64,000 nucleotides of DNA from Octopus vulgaris (Eukaryota): assembly GCA_951406725.2 (NCBI GenBank), contig OX597819.1:61380001-61444000 (forward strand). The letters are read 5' to 3'. Within the stretch, counting starts at the first letter, position 1. Each line of letters opens with the position of its first letter. The notes under the pieces were generated by a model. The model ran no database searches, had not been told where the DNA came from, and saw only the letters and a program-made list of their open reading frames with translations. The translations under genes were made by a program, and so were the position numbers. Positions 1-12,177 of the stretch are shown in pieces.

Positions 1-232
1 AGCCTCTAATCTTCAGTCAAGAACCGGATCATCCTCGCAATTTCGGCTGATTAATCTTGAGATCGCTCCGATCCGGCCAGCCCCAAGGAAAAACTAAGCT
101 ACGAGCATTAGATTTCTTGGAAAAAGGATCGAATGTATACGAAACAAGGACAGAAAAACGGACGATGCCACACGAATATAAATACAAAAAACAATAATAG
201 TAATAACAGGACAAAAACAGCGGGTGTCTTAC

Positions 233-277
<45 letters not shown>

Positions 278-547
278 TGTGTACGATATGTAGTGTGTGT
301 GTGTGTGTAGATGCTCACGGGCTTATACGAGCGCTTTCTTGCATCGATGTATAATTATAAGGGCCTATTGTATTGCTTGTGCGCTTGTATACACACAAAC
401 ATATGCCCAAGCACATGCGTGGATATATATGTGTGTGTGTGTGTTTGTGTGCGAGAGTATGTGTGTTTATGAGTGTGTTACACGTATGTGTCCGTGAGCT
501 TATGTGGGGCAGTGTTTGTGTCAATCAATGAATGTGATGGTATTTAT

Positions 548-782
548 GGCGAGCTGGCAGAATCGTTAGCACGCCGGGCGAAATGCTTTGCGGTATTTCG
601 TCTGCCGTTACGTTCTGAGTTCAAATTCCGCCGAGGTCGACTTTGCCTTTCATCCTTTCGGGGTCGATAAATTAAAGTACCAGTTACGCACTGGGGGTCG
701 ATGTAATCGACTTAATACCTATGCCTGTCCTTGTTTGTCCCTTCTATGTTTAGCTCCTTGTGGGTAATAAAGAAATAGGTAT
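548..782 (+). mobile_element. SINE family B (tRNA-like head, Meta-domain-like core)
   Basis: GGCGAGCTGGCAGAATCGTTAGC...GAGTTCAAATTCC (B-box-like), then GTCGACTTTGCCTTTCATCCTTTCGGGGTCGATAAA. Recurs many times in the window. Confidence 0.8.
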
Positions 783-875
783 TTATGCGTGTGTGACCGT
801 GTGTTGCTTCAAAGGATTACGAATTGACTTAACGCGTAGTTAAAAGTTTTCGATACGCTGTGATCATGTGATCTG

Positions 876-920
<45 letters not shown>

Positions 921-1125
921 TTGTGTGTTTGTCTGTCCGTCCGTCCGTCCGTCCATCCGTCCGTACGTCTGTCTGTCCGTCTGTCCATCTGCCAGTCTGT
1001 TTGTCTGTCTGTCCGTCCGTCTCTCTGTCTAGTTGTCTGTTTCTCTCTCTCTATGTATATACGTATATATATGTATATTTATATGTGTATATTATATATA
1101 TACACCTATCTATCTATCTATCTAA

Positions 1126-1162
<37 letters not shown>

Positions 1163-1277
1163 CGCGTATGTATATGTGGATTGAAAGAGCCTGAAGTTAC
1201 TATCTCAACTTTGTTTCATCAAACGGCCCACACACACACACGTTTATGAACGCCCACTTTCACATACACACATATCA

Positions 1278-1338
<61 letters not shown>

Positions 1339-1449
1339 TTCCTACAAAACACTCGCACACACTTACATAAACACATACATTAAGCAATGAAGATGTGTTT
1401 GTCGCAGAATTTGTCACTACAAGCAAAACATAAATACTCCCACATTTAA

Positions 1450-1511
<62 letters not shown>

Positions 1512-2066
1512 CATACACGCAAGCGCGTACATACACTCGAACCTCTCTCCTTATCTCTTTCTCTCTGTCTCTTTCTCTCTCTCTCTCTCACACACACACA
1601 TACATATAAACACACACAGGCACACACAACCGCACACACAAATGTATACACAAGTGCTATACACTTGCACTTCTCTCTCTCTTACCCCTCCCTCTATCTC
1701 ACACATACATTCACACACACATACATACACTCACACACACACAATCTCCCTCATTCTCCATCTTTGTGGTTAAAACGTTTGTTTCACAACCACATGGTTT
1801 CAGGTTCAGCCCCACTGAAAGCCGACACTTCGAAGTTACTGTCACTTCTCTTTAAAAAAAATTATTAAACATATATGCATGTATATATGCATTTATGTAT
1901 GTATGTATATGTGTGTGTGGGCGTTTATGTCTGTATTTATCTTTCATCTTTTGACAACCGGTGTAGGTTTGTTGACGTCATCGTAATTTAATAGCCCGTC
2001 AAAAACTTTTAAAAATTGATAGAATGAAAATAGCCTCAAAAGAAACAATGAGGGTTGATTCGGACG

Positions 2067-2507
2067 ACTCTTTTACTTGTTTCAGTCATTTGACTGTGGC
2101 CATGCTGGAGCACCACCTTTAGTCGAACAAATCGACCCTAGGACTTATTCTTTGTAAGCCTAGTACTTATTCTATCGGTCTCTTTAGCCGAACCGCAAAG
2201 TTACGGGGACGTAAACACACCAGCATTGGTTGTCAAGCGATGCTGGGAGAACAAACACAGACACACAAACATATACGCGCGCGCGCGCACACACAAACAT
2301 ATACACACATACATACATATATATATATATATATACATGTATAGGACGGGCTTCTTTCAGTTTCCGTCTACTAAATCCACTCACAGAGCTTCGGTCAGGC
2401 CGAGGCTACAGTAGAAGACACTTGTCCAAGGTGCCACGCAGTGGGACTGAACCCGGAACCATGTGGTTCGTGAGCAAGCTACTTACCACACAGCCACTCC
2501 TACGCCT
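2067..2507 (-). mobile_element. SINE family A (tRNA-like head, internal (TA)n(TG)n, LINE-like 3' tail)
   Basis: Reverse complement of the element at 32868-33291. About 15 full or partial copies are visible. Confidence 0.85.
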
Positions 2508-2802
2508 ACAAAAAAAAATTAAAAACAAAACATGAGGCTGGTGCCCCAGCATGGCCGCAGTCCAGTGATTGAAACAAAAGTATAAAAGATAAACCAATAC
2601 CCTTCCTCCTCACTGTCTATCTCTCTCTTCCTCTCTCTTTGTCATACAAGCACGCACACACACGCACACAATGATACAGGAACTAAAGGAACATAAGCGA
2701 CTCCCATTCAATCTCATTCGCATCCACTTTCCCACTCTACCTCTCTCGTTGTTTTTACTCTTCCTCTCTCTCTCTCTCTCTCTCTTTATCTTTCACCTCC
2801 CA

Positions 2803-2942
2803 ATATTTAGTCCGTAATGGCTTGTCGGAAAAGAATATTTAATCCGTAATGGCTTGTCCGATAAAACATATCCTGTTTCGGCTATGGACTTACGGGAAAC
2901 CAAATATATTTTGTCGGACAAACGGTTACGGACTAAATATTC
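2803..2942. repeat. Small inverted-repeat element (MITE-like)
   Basis: ATATTTAGTCCGTAA at the left and TTACGGACTAAATAT at the right, with an internal direct sub-repeat TCCGTAATGGCTTGTC. Confidence 0.5.
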
Positions 2943-3042
2943 ACCATTAGGCTTATCATTGAGAACTTTATTCTAAGTGGCCAGATATGGCTACATCTTG
3001 TATGTATGTATATATGTGTATGTGAGAGATTTAGAAATGTGA

Positions 3043-3107
<65 letters not shown>

Positions 3108-3519
3108 TTATATATATATATATATATATAGGCAATATAAGTTGAATTGACTCCTGACTATAGGCTGAAACAGCTGTAAGGAGTAGTTTATTTGTATTAT
3201 TTTTATTATTATATTACATTTTGATGTATATTGTTTTGTTCGATTTTGATGTTCCCATTTGTATAATTAATAAATAATGTGAAATCATACTATCCGTAAG
3301 TTGATGTTCGAAATGAATTTGTTTCTCCATTTTCTTATTTGTATTATGAATTTATGGTAAAAATATTTTTTTAACCTTCACCCATTCAATACAATAAATG
3401 AATTAATTGCATTGCAATTAAAAGCATTTATGTATTTAGTATTTGGGTACTTTACCAGCAGTATATTGGATAACTGATATCCCATAGTGGGTTACTTTCA
3501 TAACTCCTATCTTACTTTG

Positions 3520-3591
<72 letters not shown>

Positions 3592-3605
3592 TGTGTGTAA
3601 AGCTG

Positions 3606-3908
3606 TGGAGGCACATGTCCTGGTGGTTAGAGCAGCGGACTCGCGGTCGAGGGATCGCGGGTTCGAATCTAAGACCGGGCGATGTGCGTGTGTTTATGAG
3701 CGAAAACACCTAAGCTTCACGTTGCTCCAGCAGAAGGTAATGGCGAACTTCTGCTGACTCTTTCGCCACAACTTTCTCTCACTCTTTCCTCCTGCATCTT
3801 GCAACTCCCCTGCGACGGACCGGCGTCCCGTCCAGGTGGGGAACCTATACGCCAAGGAAACCGGGAAACCGGCTCTATGAGCCAAGGAAACCGGGCAACC
3901 GGCCCTAT
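3606..3908 (+). mobile_element. SINE family C (tRNA-derived head, V-domain-like core)
   Basis: A-box-like TGGTGGTTAGAGC and B-box GGTTCGAATC. Core CTGCGACGGACCGGCGTCCCGTCCAGG. Related copy at 33653. Confidence 0.75.
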
Positions 3909-4109
3909 ATATATAGGTGTCCAGTACTGAGGAGTGACAGAATTAGCCTGAAATTAGGACTGGTCTACAGGTCCCTACGCTAAGAGATGGTAGGGGTTCG
4001 CTCCCCTGCGCGCAATTTTATCGGATGCAGCCGTGCATCACTAACCAGCTAGAGGAGATGTTCTCTTGGGGTTAAAAAATCACAGTAGAGTCCAGACTGC
4101 CATGTTAAA

Positions 4110-4620
4110 GAGGCTACATGCATATATCGGTACAGGACGTCGCCAACGGTTCAAACAACATGAAATACGTAAACAACGAGAAAAAATGGAAAGCAGGACA
4201 AGTAAACACAGAGAAAGGACCCTTCATCAGTTGTCGGCTATCTACTCCTCATTTCGAGCATTTAACGACAATATGAGTCTTCAAAGACAGTTGCTTCTAT
4301 AAATTCTAATATTTAGGATTTATGGAGGGTCAAAGTTGGAAACAAAAACATGACAGTGGAGACATTCAAGGAAGCCGAGCGAAAACAAACATGGAGGGTG
4401 ATTAGACCACAACGAGAGGAAAATAGCGAACGCTATGAGAAACATTTTTGTAAAAAGAGGAAAGATAGATGAGAAAGAAAAAACGCCCGTTGTTTTGAAC
4501 GTACGTGCAGGAAAAGAAAGATGGCCACGTGACGAAAAGAAAGATGGATGATGGTCACGTATGAGCAACGAGCAAGAGAGAGAGGGGGAGACGGATAGAA
4601 AACGTGGAGGGAGGGAAAGA
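4110..4620. repeat. Dispersed repeat (second copy at 59905-60350), class uncertain
   Basis: Colinear similarity by eye: GGTACAGGACGTC...CCCTTCATCAGTTG...ACGACAATATGAGTCTTC...ATGGAGGGTCAA. Confidence 0.65.
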
Positions 4621-5332
4621 AAAAGGAATTATAGGAACGTCATGCATCCATTTACATGAAAGTATATATATATATATATATAATATATTATATAGATATA
4701 TTATATATATAATAAATATATATGTAATATATATATTATTATATATATAATATATATACGTACATATAGATAGTTAAATATATATGAGGATATTATTGTT
4801 TATAATAATATCAGTGGCTTAGCATGCGTAAAAAAATCCATAACGGTAAAAAAATTATCAATTAATAATTAAGGGTATTAGCAAGCGGTACTGGCATGCT
4901 AAATACAGTGTTTAATTTTCACTTAAACACAAAGGTGTAAGTGGGCAAATGAATATGTGTGTGTGCCTGTGTGTATATATATGTATATGCTCATGTATAT
5001 ATATGTATATGTGTATGTACGTACGTATGTATGTATGTATATATATTATTATATATATATGTAATATTAACAACTTGACTATAATTTTTACAGAAGTCAC
5101 TCAAAGTGTTTGGCAAATCTACTCCGCCAGATGACATGGCCTCATTATTGACGCATATAAATCATGTAATAAGACATATCTAAGTGGAAATCACTATTGT
5201 AATGCTTGTCTGTTCTCCGTAGAGGTTATAACCCCTCAAATTAATTTAGAAGTAGTCTAGTAATAGTATTATATACGATGTAGATGAGAATCCAATAAGG
5301 TTGAAAATCGATTAAGGCTGTTCATCATTTTT

Positions 5333-6710
5333 GAGGCGCAGGAGTGGCTGTGTGGTAAGTACCATGCTTACCTGTCTCGTGGATAGACGTGTTATTTTTG
5401 CGGTGAGTCAAACGTTTTGCAGAACGTTGGATAATTTTTCTGTTGGAATTGTTGAATATTTTCGAACTGTTGAACATTGTTGAACTTTGAAACTTTAAAA
5501 ATATTTGTGCTTTTTCCCTGCGGCGGGAGAAAGTAATTGTTTGTGTAAAGCCCTTTTTGCAGTTGTGAATTGCTGAAATATTGAACTTGTTAAAGCCATT
5601 GTAGGCTTTATTGTCGTGTTCCCCCCCCCCCCCCAGCGGGGTTGCGATTTGAACTGTTATCCTCATTAAGAGGAAAAAATATTATAGATTTCCCGTTTGG
5701 GGGGATAATCAATTTATTATTGTGTGAAAAATTTAATTTTAGCCGTTATAAGCTCTATTGTAGCACCCTGCCACTAGCGGGGGGTGAGATTTGAACTGTT
5801 GTCCTCGTTGTGAGGAAAAATTTTTAAAAAAACATATTATAGGTTTCCCGTTTTTTGGATACCGTATTGTTATTATTGTGTGAAAAATTTAATTTCGAAC
5901 GTTGTAGGCTTTGTTGTTACGTCTCGCCTCCCAGCGGGGGGTGGGATTTGAACTGTTGTCCTCATTGAGAGGGAAAAAAAAGTAAAAAATTATAGGTTTC
6001 CCGTAATCTGGGATTAAATTGTGTATAAATTTATTTCGAACGAATATGTCGGTCGAAATAATTTCAGAGAAAAATTCACTGGAAGAGCCAGTTAAGAAAT
6101 TTCCAGCAGTTACCGCGGTGGCTACTGAAAACGTCGAACTACCAAAGGAAAAGCTCTCCGAGCTTTCTGAAAAAAATGAAAGAAGAGTGGGGGGTGATAT
6201 GAAAGTATCACCCTCACTTAGTGTTGAAAAATTGAAAAGAAGGACAGTTGTTTTCAAAACATACTGTCCTTCAACAAAGAAATTTAAGCACTTTGAGCAG
6301 TGCAAAATTGAAAAATATCTGGCTTTCATATGGGAAGACATAAAGTATATAGCGAGGGGCCGTACTTATTGTTCCGGGTTCAGTCCCACTGCGTGGCATC
6401 TTGGACAAGTATCTTCTACTATAGCCTCGGGCCGGCCAAAGCCTTGTGAGTGGATTTGGTAGACGGAAACTGAAAGAAGCCCGTCGATATATGTATATAT
6501 ATATATATATGTGAGTGTGTGTGTGTCTGTGTTTTTCCCTCCAGCATCGCTTCACAACCGATGCTGGTGTGTTTACGTCCCCGTAACTTAGAGACCGATA
6601 GAATAAGTACTAGGCTTACAAAGAATAAATCCTGGGGTCGATTTGCTCGACTAAAGGAAGTGCACCAGCATGGCCGCAGTCAAATGACTGAAACAAGTAA
6701 AACAGTAAGA
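5333..6710 (+). mobile_element. SINE family A split by ~1 kb of unrelated sequence (5371-6370)
   Basis: Head AGGCGCAGGAGTGGCTGTGTGGTAAGT at ~5333. The body resumes with GTTCCGGGTTCAGTCCCACTGCG at 6371. Confidence 0.7.
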
Positions 6711-7077
6711 CAGAATTAATTAATGCGTTAAATTAATTAATGCGTTAAATTACTCGATAATATTTTGTATCATTTCTGCCAACACTCGCAGCCAAATCTA
6801 TACAATCTTATGATTTAATTTGGCTATTGACTGATATATAGACAATTCATTACCCAGGTCTGCGTCAAAGTGGAACCAAACGATGGACTGATCAGTAAAG
6901 ATCATGACCTGGAGCGGGTTCTCAAATCCCGTTGAAACCCACCGTTTGTGTGTTTTTAAGTGGGGTCTGTTAAACATGAACAAAAATGTAAAATTCAAAC
7001 GCCACTCAATGAGCAACAATAAATACTTGAGGAAATTGCACCACACAGGCGTAGTTGTTTGGTAAGTAGTATGGAAA

Positions 7078-7495
7078 GCGCCTAGCTGGCAGAATCGTTA
7101 GCATGTCGGGCGAAATGCTTAGCGGTATTTCGGCTGCCGTTACGTTCTGAGTTCAAATTCCGCCGAGGTCAACTCTGCCTTTCATTCTTTCGGGGTCGAT
7201 TAAATAAGTACCAGTTACGCACTGTGGTTGATATAATCGACTTAATCCGTTTGTCTGTCCTTGTTTGTCCCCTCTATGTTTAGCCACTTGTGGATAATAA
7301 AGAAATAGGTATTTCGTCTGCCGTTACGTTGTGAGTTCAAATTCCGCCGAGGTCGACTTTGCCTTTTATCCTTTCGGGGTCGATTAAATAAGTACCAGTT
7401 ACGCACTGAGGTCGATATAATCGACTTGATCCGTTTTTCTGTGCTTGTTTGTTCCCTCCGTGTGTAGCCCCTTTGTGAGCAATAAAGAAATAAGA
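7078..7495 (+). mobile_element. SINE family B, tandem dimer
   Basis: Two consecutive copies of the core and tail seen at 548-782. Confidence 0.8.
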
Positions 7496-7611
7496 AGTAT
7501 GTTTCCCAACCACATGGTTGCGGGTTCAGTCCCACTGCAAGGCACTTTGGTCAAGTATCTTCTACTATAGCATTGGGCCGACCAAAGGCTTGTTTGGTAA
7601 TTTTGTATGTA

Positions 7612-7907
7612 CAGGGTGTTCAAAAAGTCTCTCGGCAGAAAATATTATACTGCAAAATAAACGTTTATAAAATGGTATAAGACTACAAAAGAATATATTC
7701 TTTACAAGACTGAAACAAGTAAAACAGTAAGACAGAATTAATTAATGCGTAAAATTAATTAATGCGTTAAATTACTCGATAATATTTATAAAAGATGTTG
7801 AAAGTGTCGTCTTTCATTTTCAATACATAAGTTGACCCTTCTACACATGTTTTGAAATACAACTTGGAGACAAAAATTCACTGCGGAGTGACTTTTTGAA
7901 CAAACTG
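7612..7907. mobile_element. Tc1/mariner-type MITE
   Basis: TIRs CAGGGTGTTCAAAAAGTCTCTCGGCAG and CTGCGGAGTGACTTTTTGAACAAACTG, flanked by TA on both sides. Confidence 0.75.
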
Positions 7908-8338
7908 TATATGAGACCGATAGATTTTTTAAAATAAGTCCTGGGGTCTATATGTTCGATTAAAACTTCAAGACAATGGCCCCAGCATAGCCGCAGTCCA
8001 ATGACAAAAACAAGTAAAAGATAAAAGATAAAAAATATGTATGAAATAAATTAAGAAAGCACATACTCAGCTATAAGCAGGTGGCTGCCGAAATCTATTT
8101 ATTCCTCGCTTAACTCACTCAAATTCAATATGGAATGGTATGATATTTTATATTAATTTCCTGTTTTCTCAAACGAAACACTATGTAGATTCGATTGGTT
8201 TCTAGTAAAAGACTTCGAAGCAGGTTCAACATTAAGACGAACTATTTTAATTTTCCTTATAATCCATAGCAGAGCAGATTAAATTCTTTTTGCAGACCGA
8301 CGGGAAATTAATATAAAAAAATCTTTAATCTGTTCATT

Positions 8339-9320
<982 letters not shown>

Positions 9321-9774
9321 TGGTTCCGTTTTCAGCAGAGAAAGACGTGATTGCCTTTGCTCTGTGAAAAAGTCTGCATAGAACGGCGAAATAACCCACT
9401 GTAGTTGCAAAACGTAAAACTCTAAGTCATAGAGATCACTACAACACTTTGGTTAAAAATATTTTTAAAAATATATATATAAATATATACATATACACAG
9501 TAATTTTCATTTTCGCCGAAACGCACATGGTGCAAAAATAACTGAATCAAGTTATCTCCTGCAAGAAAGAAAAAAGAAGCATCTCTCCTGAAAAAAATCC
9601 CGTAAACCAAAAAAATAATCCAGACCACATTGTTGGATTAAGTATCAATTTCATCTATTTCATATTTTATTTATTATTCTATTTTATCTTTCACTTTGGC
9701 CCACATCTTAGTTAAAGTTGCGATCGTCATTTGGTTTGTTTACATTTTCAATAACTGTTCTCGATATAATAATA

Positions 9775-11210
9775 TCCCAGATACTCTATCTTCTAATTAG
9801 CCTTAAGATTAAATTAAATAACGTTTAATATTGATACCGTCAAATTAGCCTTAGGATTAAATTAAATAACGTTTAATATAGTTTAATATTGTTAATAATT
9901 ATTCTTAATTAGCCTTAAGATTAAATTAAATAACGTTTAATATTGATACCGTCAAATTAGCCTTAGGATTAAATTAAATAACGTTTAATATAGTTTAATA
10001 TTGTTAATAATTATTGTTAATTAGCCTTAAGATTAAATTAAATAACGTTTAATATTGATACCGTCAAATTAGCCTTAGGATTAAATTAAATAACGTTTAA
10101 TATAGTTTAATATTGTTAATAATTATTATTAATTAGCCTTAAGATTAAATTAAATAACGTTTAATATTGTTTTAATATTGTTAATAATTTTTCAGATACT
10201 CTATCTTCTAATTAGCCTTAAGATTAAATTAAATAACGTTTAATATTAATAACGTCTAATTAGCCTTAGGATTAAATTAAATAACGTTTAATATTGTTAA
10301 TAATTATTGTTAATTAGCCTTAGGATTAAATTAAATAACGTTTAATATTGTTTAATATTGTTAATAATTACTGTTAATTAGCCTTAAGATTAAATTATAT
10401 AACGTTTAATATTGTCTAATATTGTTAATAATTATTGTTAATTAGCCTTGGGATTAAATTAAATAACGTTTAATATTGTTTAATATTGTTAATAATTATT
10501 GTTAATTAGCCTTAAGATTAAATTAAATAACGTTTAATATTGTTTTAATATTGTTAATACTTCTTCAGATACTCTATCTTCTAATTAGCCTTAAGATTAA
10601 ATTAAATAACGTTTAATATTACCCACACTCTAATATAATATTAACATTGCTAATATATTTTCAGATACTCTATCTCCTGATTAGCCTTAAGATTAAATAA
10701 CGTTTTTATCCACACTCTAATATAATATTAATATTGCTAATATATTTTCAGATACTCTATCTTCTAATTAGCCTTAAGATTAAATTAAATAACGTTTAAT
10801 ATTAATAACGTCTAATTAGCCTTAAGATTAAATTAAATAACGGTTAATATTGCTTAATATTGTATATATAATTTTTCAGATACTCTGTCTTCTAATTAGC
10901 CTTAAGATTAAATTAAATAACGTTTAATATTACCCACACTCTAATATAATATTAATATTGCTAATATATTTTCAGATACTCTATCTCCAAATTAGCCTTA
11001 AGATTAAATAACGTTTTTTTTACCCACACTCTAATATAATATTAATATTGCTAATATATTTTCAGATACTCTATCTCCTAATTAGCCTTAAGATTAAATA
11101 ACGTTTTTACCCAAATAACGTTTTTACCCAAATAACGTTTTTACACAAACTTTAATATTGTTAATATTTCTTTTTCAAGTACTCTATCTTCTAATTAGCC
11201 TTAATATCTT
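9775..11210 (+). repeat. AT-rich modular tandem array in the putative 5' UTR of element 1
   Basis: About 20 copies of AATTAGCCTTA(A/G)GATTAAA(TTAAA)TAACGTTT with alternating linker modules. Confidence 0.9.
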
Positions 11211-11265
11211 CCTGTCTTCTCTCGAACATAATTAGATAGATAAACGGATAGACGGATTATCCAGC

Positions 11266-12177
11266 ATGTCCAGAGCATGGAGACGTGACGAGCTGGATTT
11301 ATTCGTACGAGCATGGGAGTGCGCCGGCGGAGATAGCCCTAGCGAGGTGATTGCGGCTGCGCTGAAGAGCAGAGGCTACAAGAGGACAGCGGCTCAGATG
11401 GAGCGAAAGAGACAGGAATTCGTGCGCTCATATGCGCTTGTACGGTCGCACATTGGCGCACTTGATGCCATCTTTGAGAACGAGCGGGGCAAAGATGGCA
11501 AGAATGGAGACGATGAAAGAAGTCACCCCCACCTGGTGGACGCCCAGGAGGAGGTTTTGAATGAGAAACCTGCCCGGGAAGTGAACCCAGGTGCAAGTTC
11601 TCCAACCGGCAGCAAGGGCCATGGAGACGGAGAACCCGGTGAAGAGGTAGAGGGAGGAAGAAGAACTAAAAGAAGGACTGGAAGAGCTAAAGGAAAAGAA
11701 AAAGCTCAAGCAGGACCAAAGAGTGAAACAACCAGGAGTAGAAGTGGAACCGCAAAGGATGGAACCAAACAGCGCACACGGGTGTGTATGTTCTACCTGA
11801 GAGGTTCCTGCTGGCACGGAAAGGAAGGTGCAGGCTGCCGCTTTGCACATCGGGGACCCTGCCACAGAGACACGAGGCAGATGGACAAACCATCAACACA
11901 AAGAAAAGGGATGGACTACGCACCACCTGCCCCAAAGCGGAGGTACGCAGATGTTGTGCGCGCCACAAACAGCCAACATGATGTTGTCGAAAGAGCAGCT
12001 GCTGAGCAACAATCTTTTTTGTGCATGGCACAAAAGATTGTACAGCAGCTGACCTGGCTTCATCAAACCCAAGCCCGCAGGTGGGACTACCCACTATATA
12101 CCAGACCACCACAGCAAACAGACACAGGATGGACACCGCCGGCAACAACGTACACCTCACCTCGATACTCCTACTGA
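11266..12177 (+). CDS. LINE ORF1: Myb/SANT-like N-terminus and CCCH zinc finger
   Basis: 303 aa open. WRRDELDLFVRAW...IAAALKSRGYKRTAAQMERK; CMFYLRGSCWHGKEGAGCRFAH. Homologous to ORF1 of element 2. Confidence 0.8.
   Translation: MSRAWRRDELDLFVRAWECAGGDSPSEVIAAALKSRGYKRTAAQMERKRQEFVRSYALVRSHIGALDAIFENERGKDGKNGDDERSHPHLVDAQEEVLNEKPAREVNPGASSPTGSKGHGDGEPGEEVEGGRRTKRRTGRAKGKEKAQAGPKSETTRSRSGTAKDGTKQRTRVCMFYLRGSCWHGKEGAGCRFAHRGPCHRDTRQMDKPSTQRKGMDYAPPAPKRRYADVVRATNSQHDVVERAAAEQQSFLCMAQKIVQQLTWLHQTQARRWDYPLYTRPPQQTDTGWTPPATTYTSPRYSY

Noticed and set aside
3606-3680. tRNA genes at the SINE heads
   Set aside because: Degenerate cloverleaf, fused to repeat bodies and multi-copy, so these are SINE promoters rather than tRNAs.
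4215-4270. CTGATGA/CTGAAGA motifs (also 1-30, 54570-54605, 60025-60070) as hammerheads
   Set aside because: I could not build a consistent stem II plus GAAA plus stem I around them.
9775-11210. CRISPR-like appearance of the regularly spaced repeat
   Set aside because: The intervening segments are themselves repeated, the context is eukaryotic, and there are no cas genes.
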